Of a DNA stretch of 64,000 nucleotides, positions 9,697 through 17,915 are shown piece by piece (position 1 is the stretch's first letter; each line of letters starts with the position of its first letter). The position numbers and the translations under genes are program-made. This DNA is from Gemmataceae bacterium. GTDB taxonomy: Bacteria; Planctomycetota; Planctomycetia; Gemmatales; Gemmataceae. Below the pieces are notes generated by a model, which had not been told where the DNA came from, ran no database searches, and saw nothing but the letters and a program-made list of their open reading frames with translations. Where the stretch lies: the NCBI GenBank assembly GCA_046350275.1, contig JAXMAS010000005.1, positions 13,224-77,223 of the forward strand. Direction: 5' to 3'.

Positions 9697-9730
9697 GTAA
9701 CGCGAGCGGCGATTATCCCACTCGCGTTAC
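9697..9730. promoter_or_regulatory. Perfect 10-bp inverted repeat GTAACGCGAG-N14-CTCGCGTTAC in a divergent, AT-rich intergenic region, followed by a T9 run
   Basis: The palindrome and poly-T were read directly. The site lies between the minus-strand Cys-rich ORF and the plus-strand exbB-like gene. The T-run is about 22 nt from the stem, too far for a classic intrinsic terminator. Confidence 0.3.
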
Positions 9731-9802
9731 CAATGTCAAGTAAATTACCTAGTTTTTTTTTCTAGGTCACTGGCACCCGGAATACCTGGCGACAGGAACT
9801 AT

Positions 9803-9832
9803 TTGCCTGCTCCAGCGTCAAAAGTGTACATT
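9803..9832 (+). promoter_or_regulatory. Candidate sigma70-like promoter (TTGCCT, 18-nt spacer, TACATT) about 80 nt upstream of the exbB-like gene
   Basis: Hexamers were read by eye in the AT-rich intergenic region. Planctomycete promoter consensus is poorly known, so this is weak. Confidence 0.25.
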
Positions 9833-9910
9833 GTCTGATAGGAAGTCCGCGGCCCTCCCGGCCCGATCGGGGCGCGGTGTCATACCGTTCATATCCGGGG
9901 ACAGCATCTG

Positions 9911-10774
9911 ATGCCGCCGAATCTTTCCCGTGCGCGGGTTTTCGCCTTCGTTGTTGTCTCTCTTCTGACGCTTTTCGCCACCGGATGGATTGCTCCCGCG
10001 ACGGCTCTTGCCGGTCCGGATGACCCAGCCGCCGCGCCGGCGGGCGACGGCCCCGCACCGATTGTGGAAGACAGCCTGCCGATGCACATCATCAAGTCGG
10101 CTGGTTGGGTCTTTGGCCCACTGCTGCTCGGCTTGTCGATGGCGCTCGTAGCCCTTTGCGTTCTGCTTTTCCTGGACCTCCGGATGCAAAACGCCATTCC
10201 ACCGGGCTTTGTCGAAGAGTTCACCGACACGGTGAACAAGCGAAAGTTCAAGGAAGCATTCGATATGGCTCGGGCTGACCCGTCGTTCCTGGGCAAAGTG
10301 CTCACGGGCGGCATGAGCCGGCTGCAATATGGCATCGAGGATGCTCGCGATGCCGCGTTCAACATGGTCGAGTCGATCAAGTCGTCCAAGGAACAGATCA
10401 ACAACTACACCGCCGTTATTTGTTCGCTCGGCCCGCTCATCGGCCTCGTCGGCACCGTGTTCGGCATGATCCTGTCGTTCAAGGAGTTGGCGAAGGGCGG
10501 CAAGATCGATGCAGCCCGTCTTGCGGATGGCATCTCGCATGCGCTCGTCATCACGATGCTGGGGATCGGTTTGGCCGTTCCCGGCTTGTTCTTCAATGCG
10601 TTTTTCCGCAATCGCATTACCCGTATCTCGATGGATACGGCCAACATCGCCGATGACCTTCTGACGCAGATGTACCACGGCTCGAAGAAGCCCGCTCCGC
10701 CGCCCAGTTCCGTGCCGTCCCCGGAACAGCGGCCGACACCCGTGCCGCCGCCCCAGGCGATGCCGACGAAATAG
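9911..10774 (+). CDS. exbB: MotA/TolQ/ExbB family proton-channel protein
   Basis: A signal/TM N-terminus is followed by three TM helices with the conserved ExbB/TolQ segment YTAVICSLGPLIGLVGTVFGMILSFKELA ... ISHALVITMLGIGLAVPGLFFNAFF. Confidence 0.8.
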   Translation: MPPNLSRARVFAFVVVSLLTLFATGWIAPATALAGPDDPAAAPAGDGPAPIVEDSLPMHIIKSAGWVFGPLLLGLSMALVALCVLLFLDLRMQNAIPPGFVEEFTDTVNKRKFKEAFDMARADPSFLGKVLTGGMSRLQYGIEDARDAAFNMVESIKSSKEQINNYTAVICSLGPLIGLVGTVFGMILSFKELAKGGKIDAARLADGISHALVITMLGIGLAVPGLFFNAFFRNRITRISMDTANIADDLLTQMYHGSKKPAPPPSSVPSPEQRPTPVPPPQAMPTK

Positions 10775-10832
10775 GAGTCCGGAGTCCGCTGCATTTCTGA
10801 CCCCGATTCCTGACCCCTGACTTCAGGTTGCA

Positions 10833-11300
10833 ATGTCCCACGGGCCGACGAGCAACAGCGAACTGGCGGAACCCAATCTGATTCCGCTGCTGGACCTGGT
10901 GTTGCAGCTCGTCATGTTCTTCATGATGTGTGCCAACTTCGCGATGCAGGAGAACGATCAGTCGATCAAACTGCCCACCTCGCAACAGGCCAAACCTGTC
11001 GCCGACACCGGGCCGGATGTTCTGCACCTCGGCATCGACCAGGATGGCGCCGTGCGCGTCGTCGGTCGGCCGCCGCTGACGACGGACGAAGAGATCGTCA
11101 CATTTCTGCGACTCGATGTGTACGAGGCCAACAAACGCCGCGCAGCCGAACGGGGCGAAAGCGAAGTTCGGACGCTCGTGATCGTTCGTGCCGATCGAAA
11201 TACCGCCTACGAGAAGGTCTATCGCGTCATGCGTCAGTGCCAGCAAGCCGGTCTGCGGAAGCTCCAACTGCGGGCCGACCGCGGGGGTGGCTCGTCGTGA
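10833..11300 (+). CDS. exbD: ExbD/TolR family biopolymer transport protein
   Basis: The N-terminal pattern NLIPLLDLVLQLVMFFMM (single TM) and a periplasmic domain with VIVRADRNTAYEKVYRVMRQCQQAG are typical of ExbD/TolR. Confidence 0.75.
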   Translation: MSHGPTSNSELAEPNLIPLLDLVLQLVMFFMMCANFAMQENDQSIKLPTSQQAKPVADTGPDVLHLGIDQDGAVRVVGRPPLTTDEEIVTFLRLDVYEANKRRAAERGESEVRTLVIVRADRNTAYEKVYRVMRQCQQAGLRKLQLRADRGGGSS

Positions 11301-11821
11301 GGAATCACAGGCACCGCAATCCGGACCGCCCGCTGGATATCCAGCTTCCGATCACGCCAATGCTGGATATGTCGTTCCAGCTCCTGGCCTTCTTCGTCGC
11401 CACGTTCCAGTCCGCGAGCGCAGCCGAAGGGCAACTCGACATGTTCCTCCCGAAAGCCGGCGAGGCGCGGGCCCAGGATCCATCGCAGATCGACCCCAAC
11501 AAGAACTCGGAAGACATCGACACGTCGAGTGACGTGACGGTGTCGATCGCGGCCACAGCCACGGGCGATGCGGGCGATATCAAGATCATCGAAAAGGCCA
11601 CGACGACTCCCATTCCGGGCGAGACTGTTGGCGACCGCATCGCCGCTCTCGGCGCGGCCCTGAAGAAGCTCAACGCTGGGGCCGGCAACAAGGACAACAT
11701 CAAGATCGAAGCGGAGGGCCGGCTCAAATACGCTCGGCTCGTCGAGGTGATAGATGCTTGCATGAAAGCTGGTTACCGGCAAGTCGGCTTTGCACCGCCG
11801 CCGGACCTGGGGCGACGCTAG
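11297..11821 (+). CDS. exbD: Second ExbD/TolR family protein
   Basis: A GTG start overlaps the upstream stop (GTGA). The motif ITPMLDMSFQLLAFFVATFQ matches the ExbD TM signature, and the C-terminus KIEAEGRLKYARLVEVIDACMKAGYRQVGF matches the ExbD periplasmic domain. An alternative start is the ATG at 11360. Confidence 0.7.
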   Translation: MRNHRHRNPDRPLDIQLPITPMLDMSFQLLAFFVATFQSASAAEGQLDMFLPKAGEARAQDPSQIDPNKNSEDIDTSSDVTVSIAATATGDAGDIKIIEKATTTPIPGETVGDRIAALGAALKKLNAGAGNKDNIKIEAEGRLKYARLVEVIDACMKAGYRQVGFAPPPDLGRR

Positions 11822-11862
11822 CGGGAACCGTATTTCGCGGCCGCGCATCGAATGTGGTAGCC

Positions 11863-12750
11863 ATGGCGCGAACCTCTGCCATCGTTGGGCTTCTTGTCGT
11901 CGGGGGGGTGTTTGCTGCGCAGCTGCCGAAGGCCGACGATCGCGGTCCGGGCCACCCGCCAGACGATCCGCAGTCCTTCCCGATAGAGCCGAACCCGTAT
12001 TTCAATTCCGAACTGCTCCGTTACGTCGAGGATAAGCTGCCCATTCAGAACGCGCGGCAGAATCGCTACGAGGCCCAGTGCTACGAGGAGCTATTCCAAC
12101 ACGCCCGGTCGTTGCCGGCCGATCTGCTACGCCGCGCTTCGGGCCGAGGGCTGAAGTACTATCAACTGTTCGGTGAAGATCGGGCCTTGTATCGTGGATG
12201 CCTGACCCACGTCGAGGGGCCAATGCGAATGCTGCGGGCCTATGAACCGCCGGCGCGCCTTCGGGACGATGCGGGCGGATGGACCGAAATGTACGAGGCG
12301 TGGGTCTTCGACACGGAGTCGGGCGGCAATCCATACTGCGTGATCTTCAGCGAAAAGCCCGATAATCTCAAGGCGGTCGAACGCGAGGGAACTCAGTACG
12401 TCGAGACCGATGGCTTCTTCTTCAAGCGTTACCGCTATGGTGCCCAGGACGGTCCGCGCGATGCGCCGCTATTGATCGCTCGCTCCATCCGGCCGATCGC
12501 CGCGCCGAGGATGGCGAAGACGGGTGGAGCACTGTGGGACTTGCCATTGGGCGTCCTGCTTACGGCAATGGCGGCCATCGGGGTGGTGATCGTCGCTGCG
12601 GGAGGCACGTGGCTGTGGTTCCGGCGCGACGATGCCCGGGCGCGCGAACGGCTGAAGCGGGCACGGCAGGCTAACCCACCCTCGGATTGGGGCGACGGCG
12701 GGCCAACCGCGGACCGTGGCCCGTTTGGCGGCAGCCCATCGTTGAATTAG
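11863..12750 (+). CDS. Hypothetical membrane protein (N-terminal signal/TM, C-terminal TM) in the exbBD cluster
   Basis: An internal ATG gives MARTSAIVGLLVVGGVFAAQLP. A C-terminal helix (LPLGVLLTAMAAIGVVIVAAGGTWLWF) is followed by a basic tail. No known domain was recognised. Confidence 0.45.
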   Translation: MARTSAIVGLLVVGGVFAAQLPKADDRGPGHPPDDPQSFPIEPNPYFNSELLRYVEDKLPIQNARQNRYEAQCYEELFQHARSLPADLLRRASGRGLKYYQLFGEDRALYRGCLTHVEGPMRMLRAYEPPARLRDDAGGWTEMYEAWVFDTESGGNPYCVIFSEKPDNLKAVEREGTQYVETDGFFFKRYRYGAQDGPRDAPLLIARSIRPIAAPRMAKTGGALWDLPLGVLLTAMAAIGVVIVAAGGTWLWFRRDDARARERLKRARQANPPSDWGDGGPTADRGPFGGSPSLN

Positions 12751-12817
12751 CTGGGTCGATACAATGACTGCTACCGGGATTGGCCGCGATGCCGCTCTCG
12801 GACGTTGACGTAGGCGA

Positions 12818-14419
12818 ATGGGAGCGATGTCGATGGCCACCGTCTCGCAAGACACCGGCACCAACAACGGTCGGCAAACCTCCGCCCCGTCGCCGACCGT
12901 CATGATTCGACAAATGTCCATCGCCTACGAAGGCGAGGACGATCGCTTCCTGAAGCGGCAGGTTCCTGCGTGGGTGATTTCCGGCGGCATCCATCTGCTG
13001 CTCATCTCGGCGTTTTTGATCTCGGCGGCCTTCAACACCCCAATCGTCGCTCCGCCGCCTGAAAACGTCATCATCGAGACGAAGGTCGAGGACGCTGCGC
13101 CCGAGAAGCAGAACTTCGAGAACACGGACGTCGGTCTCGATCCCTCGAAGGAAACGAACTACAACCTCGATCGCATCGAAAACATCTCCGTGCCTGGCCA
13201 ATTCAAGCCGGATGAACCAGTGGGCATCGTCGGCGCACCCGAAGGCGCGGCCCAGACGATTCCGCCACCGGCCGGCTTTGGCGGCGGGCAGGGCGGTGGT
13301 GCGGAAAGTGCCGTACCCGGCGCGGCCCAGATGTTCGGCGATCAGGGCGGCTTTATGGGCGGTCGGGCGATCCCCGGCATGGCGTTCGCCGGCCGGTCGG
13401 GTGCCACCCGACAAAAGATGCTGGCCGAGGGCGGCGGAAACGCGCCGAGCGAGGCGGCAGTCGCCAAGGGGTTGCAGTGGCTCGTGAAGATGCAGAAGAA
13501 CGATGGCCGCTGGGATATTGACGGCAACGTCAATGATTCCGTCGCTGGGACCGCGCTCGCATTGCTGCCATTCCTGGCCGCCGGTCACACCCACAAGACG
13601 ATCAAGGGCGAAAAAGAGAGCCCGTATGCCAAGACGGTCGAGTACGGCTTGAGCTACATCAAGGGCAAGCAGAAGGCGAACGGTAGCTACGGCAACCGCG
13701 ACCTGTATGGTCACGCGATTGCCACGATGGCTTTGTGCGAAGCGTACGGCATGTCGCAGGATCCGTCGCTCAAGCGGCCGGCCCAATCGGGACTGGACTA
13801 CCTCGTCAAGGCGCAACACCAGGTCGGCGGCTTCCGCTATACGCCCAACCAGGCCGGCGACACGTCGGTAACAGGCTGGTGTCTTCAGTGCATGAAGTCG
13901 GGCCTGCTCGCGGGCTTGAGTGTGCCCCGCGAAGCGTTCTACAAGGTCTCGAACTACCTCGACACCGTGCAGACGCAGGAGGGGGCCGCGTATGGCTATA
14001 CGGGGCCGGGGAACACGTCGTCGATGACCGCCGTCGGTCTGCTCTGTCGCGAATACCTCGGCTGGGGGCCGAAGAATCCGAAGCTGGTCGCCGGCGTCGA
14101 GAACCTGAAGAAGAACATGCCGCGCAAGGGCCTCGACAACATCTACTACTACTATTACGCGACGCAGGTGATGCACTTCTTCGGTGGCGACGACTGGGAC
14201 AAGCTCTGGAACCCGAAGATGCGAGATCTATTGATCGACACGCAGGATAACACGACAACGGCGAACCGTGGTTCGTGGACGCCGGATCGCACGATCACCG
14301 GCACGGGCGGCGGCCGCCTGACTTCCACGTGTCTGTCCCTGTTGACGCTGGAGGTCTACTACCGCCATCTGCCGCTGTACAAGCGCGACAACAGCGGATT
14401 GAAGGAACTCGACGGCTGA
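12818..14419 (+). CDS. TonB-like anchored protein: N-terminal TM anchor, Pro-rich linker, C-terminal prenyltransferase/squalene-cyclase-like (alpha/alpha toroid) repeat domain
   Basis: One TM helix (WVISGGIHLLLISAFLISAAF) is followed by a Pro/Glu-rich spacer (IVAPPPENVIIETKVEDAAPEKQ) and a Gly-rich segment. Repeated QW-type motifs (GLQWLVKMQKNDGRW, GLSYIKGKQKANGSYG, GLDYLVKAQHQVGGFRYT, YLDTVQTQEGAAYGY, NIYYYYYATQVMHF) are typical of terpenoid cyclase/prenyltransferase toroid repeats. Confidence 0.6.
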   Translation: MGAMSMATVSQDTGTNNGRQTSAPSPTVMIRQMSIAYEGEDDRFLKRQVPAWVISGGIHLLLISAFLISAAFNTPIVAPPPENVIIETKVEDAAPEKQNFENTDVGLDPSKETNYNLDRIENISVPGQFKPDEPVGIVGAPEGAAQTIPPPAGFGGGQGGGAESAVPGAAQMFGDQGGFMGGRAIPGMAFAGRSGATRQKMLAEGGGNAPSEAAVAKGLQWLVKMQKNDGRWDIDGNVNDSVAGTALALLPFLAAGHTHKTIKGEKESPYAKTVEYGLSYIKGKQKANGSYGNRDLYGHAIATMALCEAYGMSQDPSLKRPAQSGLDYLVKAQHQVGGFRYTPNQAGDTSVTGWCLQCMKSGLLAGLSVPREAFYKVSNYLDTVQTQEGAAYGYTGPGNTSSMTAVGLLCREYLGWGPKNPKLVAGVENLKKNMPRKGLDNIYYYYYATQVMHFFGGDDWDKLWNPKMRDLLIDTQDNTTTANRGSWTPDRTITGTGGGRLTSTCLSLLTLEVYYRHLPLYKRDNSGLKELDG

Positions 14420-14640
14420 TTTACGGTGAGCGTGGCAGCATCAGCCCGCCGTGCCTTCGCGAGTACGTCGGGCTGACGTCCCGACGGCTGCCTTATCAAT
14501 TTGCCCATCTTTCCCTCCAACTCGGCAATCCTGGCGACTTCGGCCAATGCCACAAGGTCCGCAACGCCGATGCAATCGGCGAGACGCGCCGTCCCGGACG
14601 GATTCGGCAAGCCGGTGCGTTGGGGAGGGAGAGTCAACTC

Positions 14641-15810
14641 ATGGCACGGATGTGCGCGAAGCTGTCGCTGGCCGCGGCCCTGGTCGGAGGATCGCTGGCG
14701 TTCGGACAGGATGCCCCGAAACCGACAACAGCCCCGAAGGAAGGCGAAAACGTCCTGTCGCTGGTCAAGGAAGGCCAGCCGGGGCGGCGCTGCAAGGTCC
14801 TGCGTAGCTATAAGCATCCGTCCGGCGGCATCGCCTACGAAGTCAAAGACGAGAAGACCGGCGAGGTCATGACCGTCATTGAGGGCGTCGCCAAGGACGG
14901 GACGAAGGACGTCAAGATTGAGGCGAAAGATGCCAAAGTCGAGACGAAAGATGCGAAGTCGACGTCGAAGCTGTTCCCGATCAAGATTCCGTCGCTGAAA
15001 GACACGAAGGCTTCCAGCAAGGATCGAGTGATCGCCCCGACGGAAGTCAAGCTCCCGGTCACGGATGCAAAAGTGACATCGACGGAGTTGAAGCTCCCGG
15101 TCACGGATGCGAAGGTGACATCGACTGAGGCGAAGCTTCCGATCAAAGATGGGAAAGTGACGCCGATTGACGCGAAGCTTCCGGCCAAAACGGCGACGGA
15201 TGGGCCGAGCCTGATGGCGAGCGATCCGATCCTGAGTCCCAAGGCGTACACGAGTAACTCCAAGGTAGTTAAGGAGTTCTCGTCCGAGCCAGCCCAGCCG
15301 ACCGAGTCGAAACCGGCTAGCCAGACGGTGACGACCAAGTACCCCCAGCCGCCGGTGCCGGCCGCCAAGCGGTGGTTCCAGTGGAGCCTCGACTCGAAGG
15401 CACCGGCCAAGCCGGTCGTCAAAGCTCGGCCGATGCCAATGCCGATGCCGATGCCGATGCCGATGCCGACAATGGGTCCGGTGGAGCCTACGGTCTTCGT
15501 TGCGGCGACTTCGCCCGATCCGGTCATCCGGCTGATCGGTCGCTTGCGTGACGATATGCTCCCGTCGATGCGCGAAATCTCGGCCACTCAGTTGGCCTAT
15601 TATGGCCGTGGCCGCGCCGACGCCTTTGACGCTCTCGTCGATGCGGCTCAGCACGACCCAGCCCCGACTGTGCGGGCCTCGTGCCTGCGTTGCCTTGGCG
15701 AAATGCGAGCCAAAACGCCGACCACCATGGCCATGATGCAGACCATGTCTCAGGCCGACGGCGATGAGACGGTCCGCCAAACCGCCATGTCGGTGATGGC
15801 GGGATGGTGA
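14641..15810 (+). CDS. Secreted HEAT-repeat protein with tandem amino-acid repeats (KLPVTDAKVTSTE x3-4; PM x6)
   Basis: An internal ATG gives a signal peptide (MARMCAKLSLAAALVGGSLAFG). The C-terminus has HEAT-like repeats (PDPVIRLIGRLRDD, AFDALVDAAQHDPAPTVRASCLRCLGEM, DETVRQTAMSVMAGW). The DNA carries 42-nt tandem repeats at 15049-15174 and a hexamer (ATGCCG) array at 15431-15469. Confidence 0.55.
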   Translation: MARMCAKLSLAAALVGGSLAFGQDAPKPTTAPKEGENVLSLVKEGQPGRRCKVLRSYKHPSGGIAYEVKDEKTGEVMTVIEGVAKDGTKDVKIEAKDAKVETKDAKSTSKLFPIKIPSLKDTKASSKDRVIAPTEVKLPVTDAKVTSTELKLPVTDAKVTSTEAKLPIKDGKVTPIDAKLPAKTATDGPSLMASDPILSPKAYTSNSKVVKEFSSEPAQPTESKPASQTVTTKYPQPPVPAAKRWFQWSLDSKAPAKPVVKARPMPMPMPMPMPMPTMGPVEPTVFVAATSPDPVIRLIGRLRDDMLPSMREISATQLAYYGRGRADAFDALVDAAQHDPAPTVRASCLRCLGEMRAKTPTTMAMMQTMSQADGDETVRQTAMSVMAGW

Positions 15811-15820
15811 CGAAATCGGG

Positions 15821-15871
15821 GGCGGTCACGATTCCCGCGGCGGTCGCCTCGCCGCGGGAATCGTGACTGCC
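15821..15871 (+). terminator. Long perfect hairpin (18-bp perfect arms, extendable to about 22 bp, 7-nt loop) 11 nt after the stop of the HEAT-repeat gene
   Basis: GTCACGATTCCCGCGGCG-GTCGCCT-CGCCGCGGGAATCGTGAC was read directly. No strong T-run follows, so it may be a factor-dependent or structural terminator, or a REP-like element. Confidence 0.45.
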
Positions 15872-15899
15872 CCCGATGCCATTTTGGGTAAGTGTCCCC

Positions 15900-15956
15900 G
15901 TGTGTTGTGGCTGGCCTCTGTGAGTCAGGCCTCACAGAAGCCAGCCACAACCACAC
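15900..15956. repeat. Second long imperfect hairpin (about 28 bp with one mismatch and one bulge) in the same intergenic region
   Basis: GTGTGTTGTGGCTGGCCTCTGTGAG-tcaggc-CTCACAGAAGCCAGCCACAACCACAC. It overlaps the dubious ORF 15892..16203. Confidence 0.4.
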
Positions 15957-16280
15957 TCAGACAGTACCCCGTTTAGCGGAGCCGTTTGCCCTTGCTTCTT
16001 TCGCGCCTCGTCGGCACAGTCCCGAGCCGGAAGTCAACCCCGCGTACAGAGACTTGCACCGGGGAATGATGGACAATTCGGCGAAATGGGTGGCTTTGGA
16101 GAAGACGCGCTACTTGGACGTGGAAGTTTATAGGCGACAGGATTTCGCGACGAAGTGCCTTGCTCGCTTGAAACGGTTGGTCTACCATGAAGGTAGACAC
16201 TAAACCTGAATCCGCTTCGCTGCGACGTGGCGCCCGGACGTCTCGGCCTTTCGTTCCTCCCAACGAAGGTGGATGAACGT

Positions 16281-16757
16281 ATGGAATGCTCAACGTCGTG
16301 TATCGAACAGCCTCAGCCGGTTGCGGTATGTCCGGACCTGCCAGATTTATCCACGATCGAGAAGTTGAGCGTCTACGACGATTGTGAGCGTGAGGCGGAC
16401 CGGTTTAAGTGGATCGAGAGCGAGAAAGCCGGCTGCGACTTAGGTGAGGCTGCCATTAGCCGGTGGGTTCACGAGCATTGGTGGGGGTACCTGCGAGCGA
16501 AATGGATGGAGCACATTCAGGGTCGCCGCTTTTGGATCGAACTGGACCGCGGTGACTTCGGATTGTTGCAGCGCGAATTCCGAGACGACGCACTTCTCCT
16601 CGACCGCATCCTCGACCGCCTGAAAACGGGGCAAGAAAACCTCAACATCATCTGCTGGGCCGAGGATTGGCGAATTCCCATGAGCCAGGTGATCAAAATC
16701 CTGGCGGCTCTCGACATCAACTCGCGTCGTCTCTCTCACCGCTTCCATTGTTCCTAG
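16281..16757 (+). CDS. Hypothetical protein (Cys-rich N-terminus; conserved-looking HEHWWGYLRAKWMEH...FWIELDRGDFGLL segment)
   Basis: The ORF 16227..16757 has an internal ATG at 16281 (MECSTSC...). No family was confidently recognised. Confidence 0.4.
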   Translation: MECSTSCIEQPQPVAVCPDLPDLSTIEKLSVYDDCEREADRFKWIESEKAGCDLGEAAISRWVHEHWWGYLRAKWMEHIQGRRFWIELDRGDFGLLQREFRDDALLLDRILDRLKTGQENLNIICWAEDWRIPMSQVIKILAALDINSRRLSHRFHCS

Positions 16758-16797
16758 ATCCGGCATTCGCGCCGGATGTCCGGCCGGTCGGCCGGAC

Positions 16798-17823
16798 TTA
16801 CGCGAGCCGCCGTTCCAGCGGTCCAGCGAGATTCCTCAACCCGTTGAGCAGCTTGTCGAACCCCGCGAAGTCGAGCGACTGCGCACCGTCGGATAGGGCG
16901 TGTGCCGGATCGGGGTGAACCTCGAGCAAAAGACCGTCGGCACCCGCGGCAAAGGCGGCCAGCGCCATCGGCTGCACGTAGTCGCGTTTGCCCGTGCCGT
17001 GGCTGGGGTCCACCAGGATCGGCAGGTGGCTGAGCTTCTTTGCGGGTGGAATCACTGACAGGTCGAGCGTGTTGCGGCTATGGTCCGAAAACGTCCGCAC
17101 GCCGCGCTCGCAGAGGATCACGCCGTAGTTACCACCGGCCATCACGTACTCGGCAGCCATGAGCCACTCTTCCAGCGTTGCTGCGAGACCCCGCTTGAGC
17201 AGGACCGGCTTGCGAGCCAGGCCGACACGCTTGAGCAGACTGAAGTTCTGCATGTTGCGCGTGCCGATCTGAATCACGTCGGCGGCCGTCTCCACAGCAT
17301 CGGCATATTCCGTGTCCATCAGTTCCGTGACGATGCCGATGCCCGTCTTCTCGCGCACTCGCACCAGGATATCGAGGCCCTTTTGGCCCATGCCCTGGAA
17401 CGCGTAGGGACTGGTTCGCGGCTTGAACGCTCCGGCTCGCATGAGCTTGACGCCGCGGCTGACGAGAAACTCGGCCGTTCGCAGCACCATCTCTTCGTTC
17501 TCGACCGAGCACGGGCCAGCGATGAGAGTGAATGTGCCGGGGCCGATGACCGTCTGTGGAAGCGTAACGACGCTATCCGCCGGGTGCATTTCGCGGCTGG
17601 CGAGCTTGAATGGCTTGGTGACGCGGATGAGCTCTTTGACGCCCGGCAGCAGTTCCAAGGGCCGCGGGTCCACCGCACCGGTGTTGCCGGTGATGCCAAT
17701 GGCGACCCGCGTCGCGCCGGGCAGCGGGTGCGCCGTCAAGTCGAGGCACCGGATCGCGTCGAGCACGGCCGCGAGTTGCATCTCGTCGGCGTCGGCATGC
17801 ATCACCACCAGCATCGAGTCCAC
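16798..17823 (-). CDS. aroF: 3-deoxy-7-phosphoheptulonate (DAHP) synthase, class I-beta, with an N-terminal regulatory (ACT/ferredoxin-like) extension
   Basis: The conserved motifs TLIAGPCSVENEEMV, KLMRAGAFKPRTSPYAFQGMG, LVDPSHGTGKRDYV and a KDO8P/DAHP synthase-type TIM barrel are present. Confidence 0.8.
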   Translation of the reverse strand: MDSMLVVMHADADEMQLAAVLDAIRCLDLTAHPLPGATRVAIGITGNTGAVDPRPLELLPGVKELIRVTKPFKLASREMHPADSVVTLPQTVIGPGTFTLIAGPCSVENEEMVLRTAEFLVSRGVKLMRAGAFKPRTSPYAFQGMGQKGLDILVRVREKTGIGIVTELMDTEYADAVETAADVIQIGTRNMQNFSLLKRVGLARKPVLLKRGLAATLEEWLMAAEYVMAGGNYGVILCERGVRTFSDHSRNTLDLSVIPPAKKLSHLPILVDPSHGTGKRDYVQPMALAAFAAGADGLLLEVHPDPAHALSDGAQSLDFAGFDKLLNGLRNLAGPLERRLA

Positions 17824-17915
17824 CTCGCAAGCGGGCGACCGCTCATTATAGCTCCGATTCCCGGCCTGGTTGGCGGGATCTTGACTGGCGGCCCCGGCTG
17901 CGCGATGCTACCGGC

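Noticed and set aside
12671-14176. 501-aa minus-strand ORF opposite the toroid-domain gene (also 14359..15780 and 14835..15587 opposite the HEAT-repeat gene)
   Set aside because: They are antisense to well-supported plus-strand genes. They show no motifs and an Arg-rich composition.
15892-16203. 103-aa ORF starting inside the second long hairpin
   Set aside because: Its start is embedded in a 28-bp stem and it has no SD or conserved features. It was treated as non-coding apart from a possible short internal ORF.
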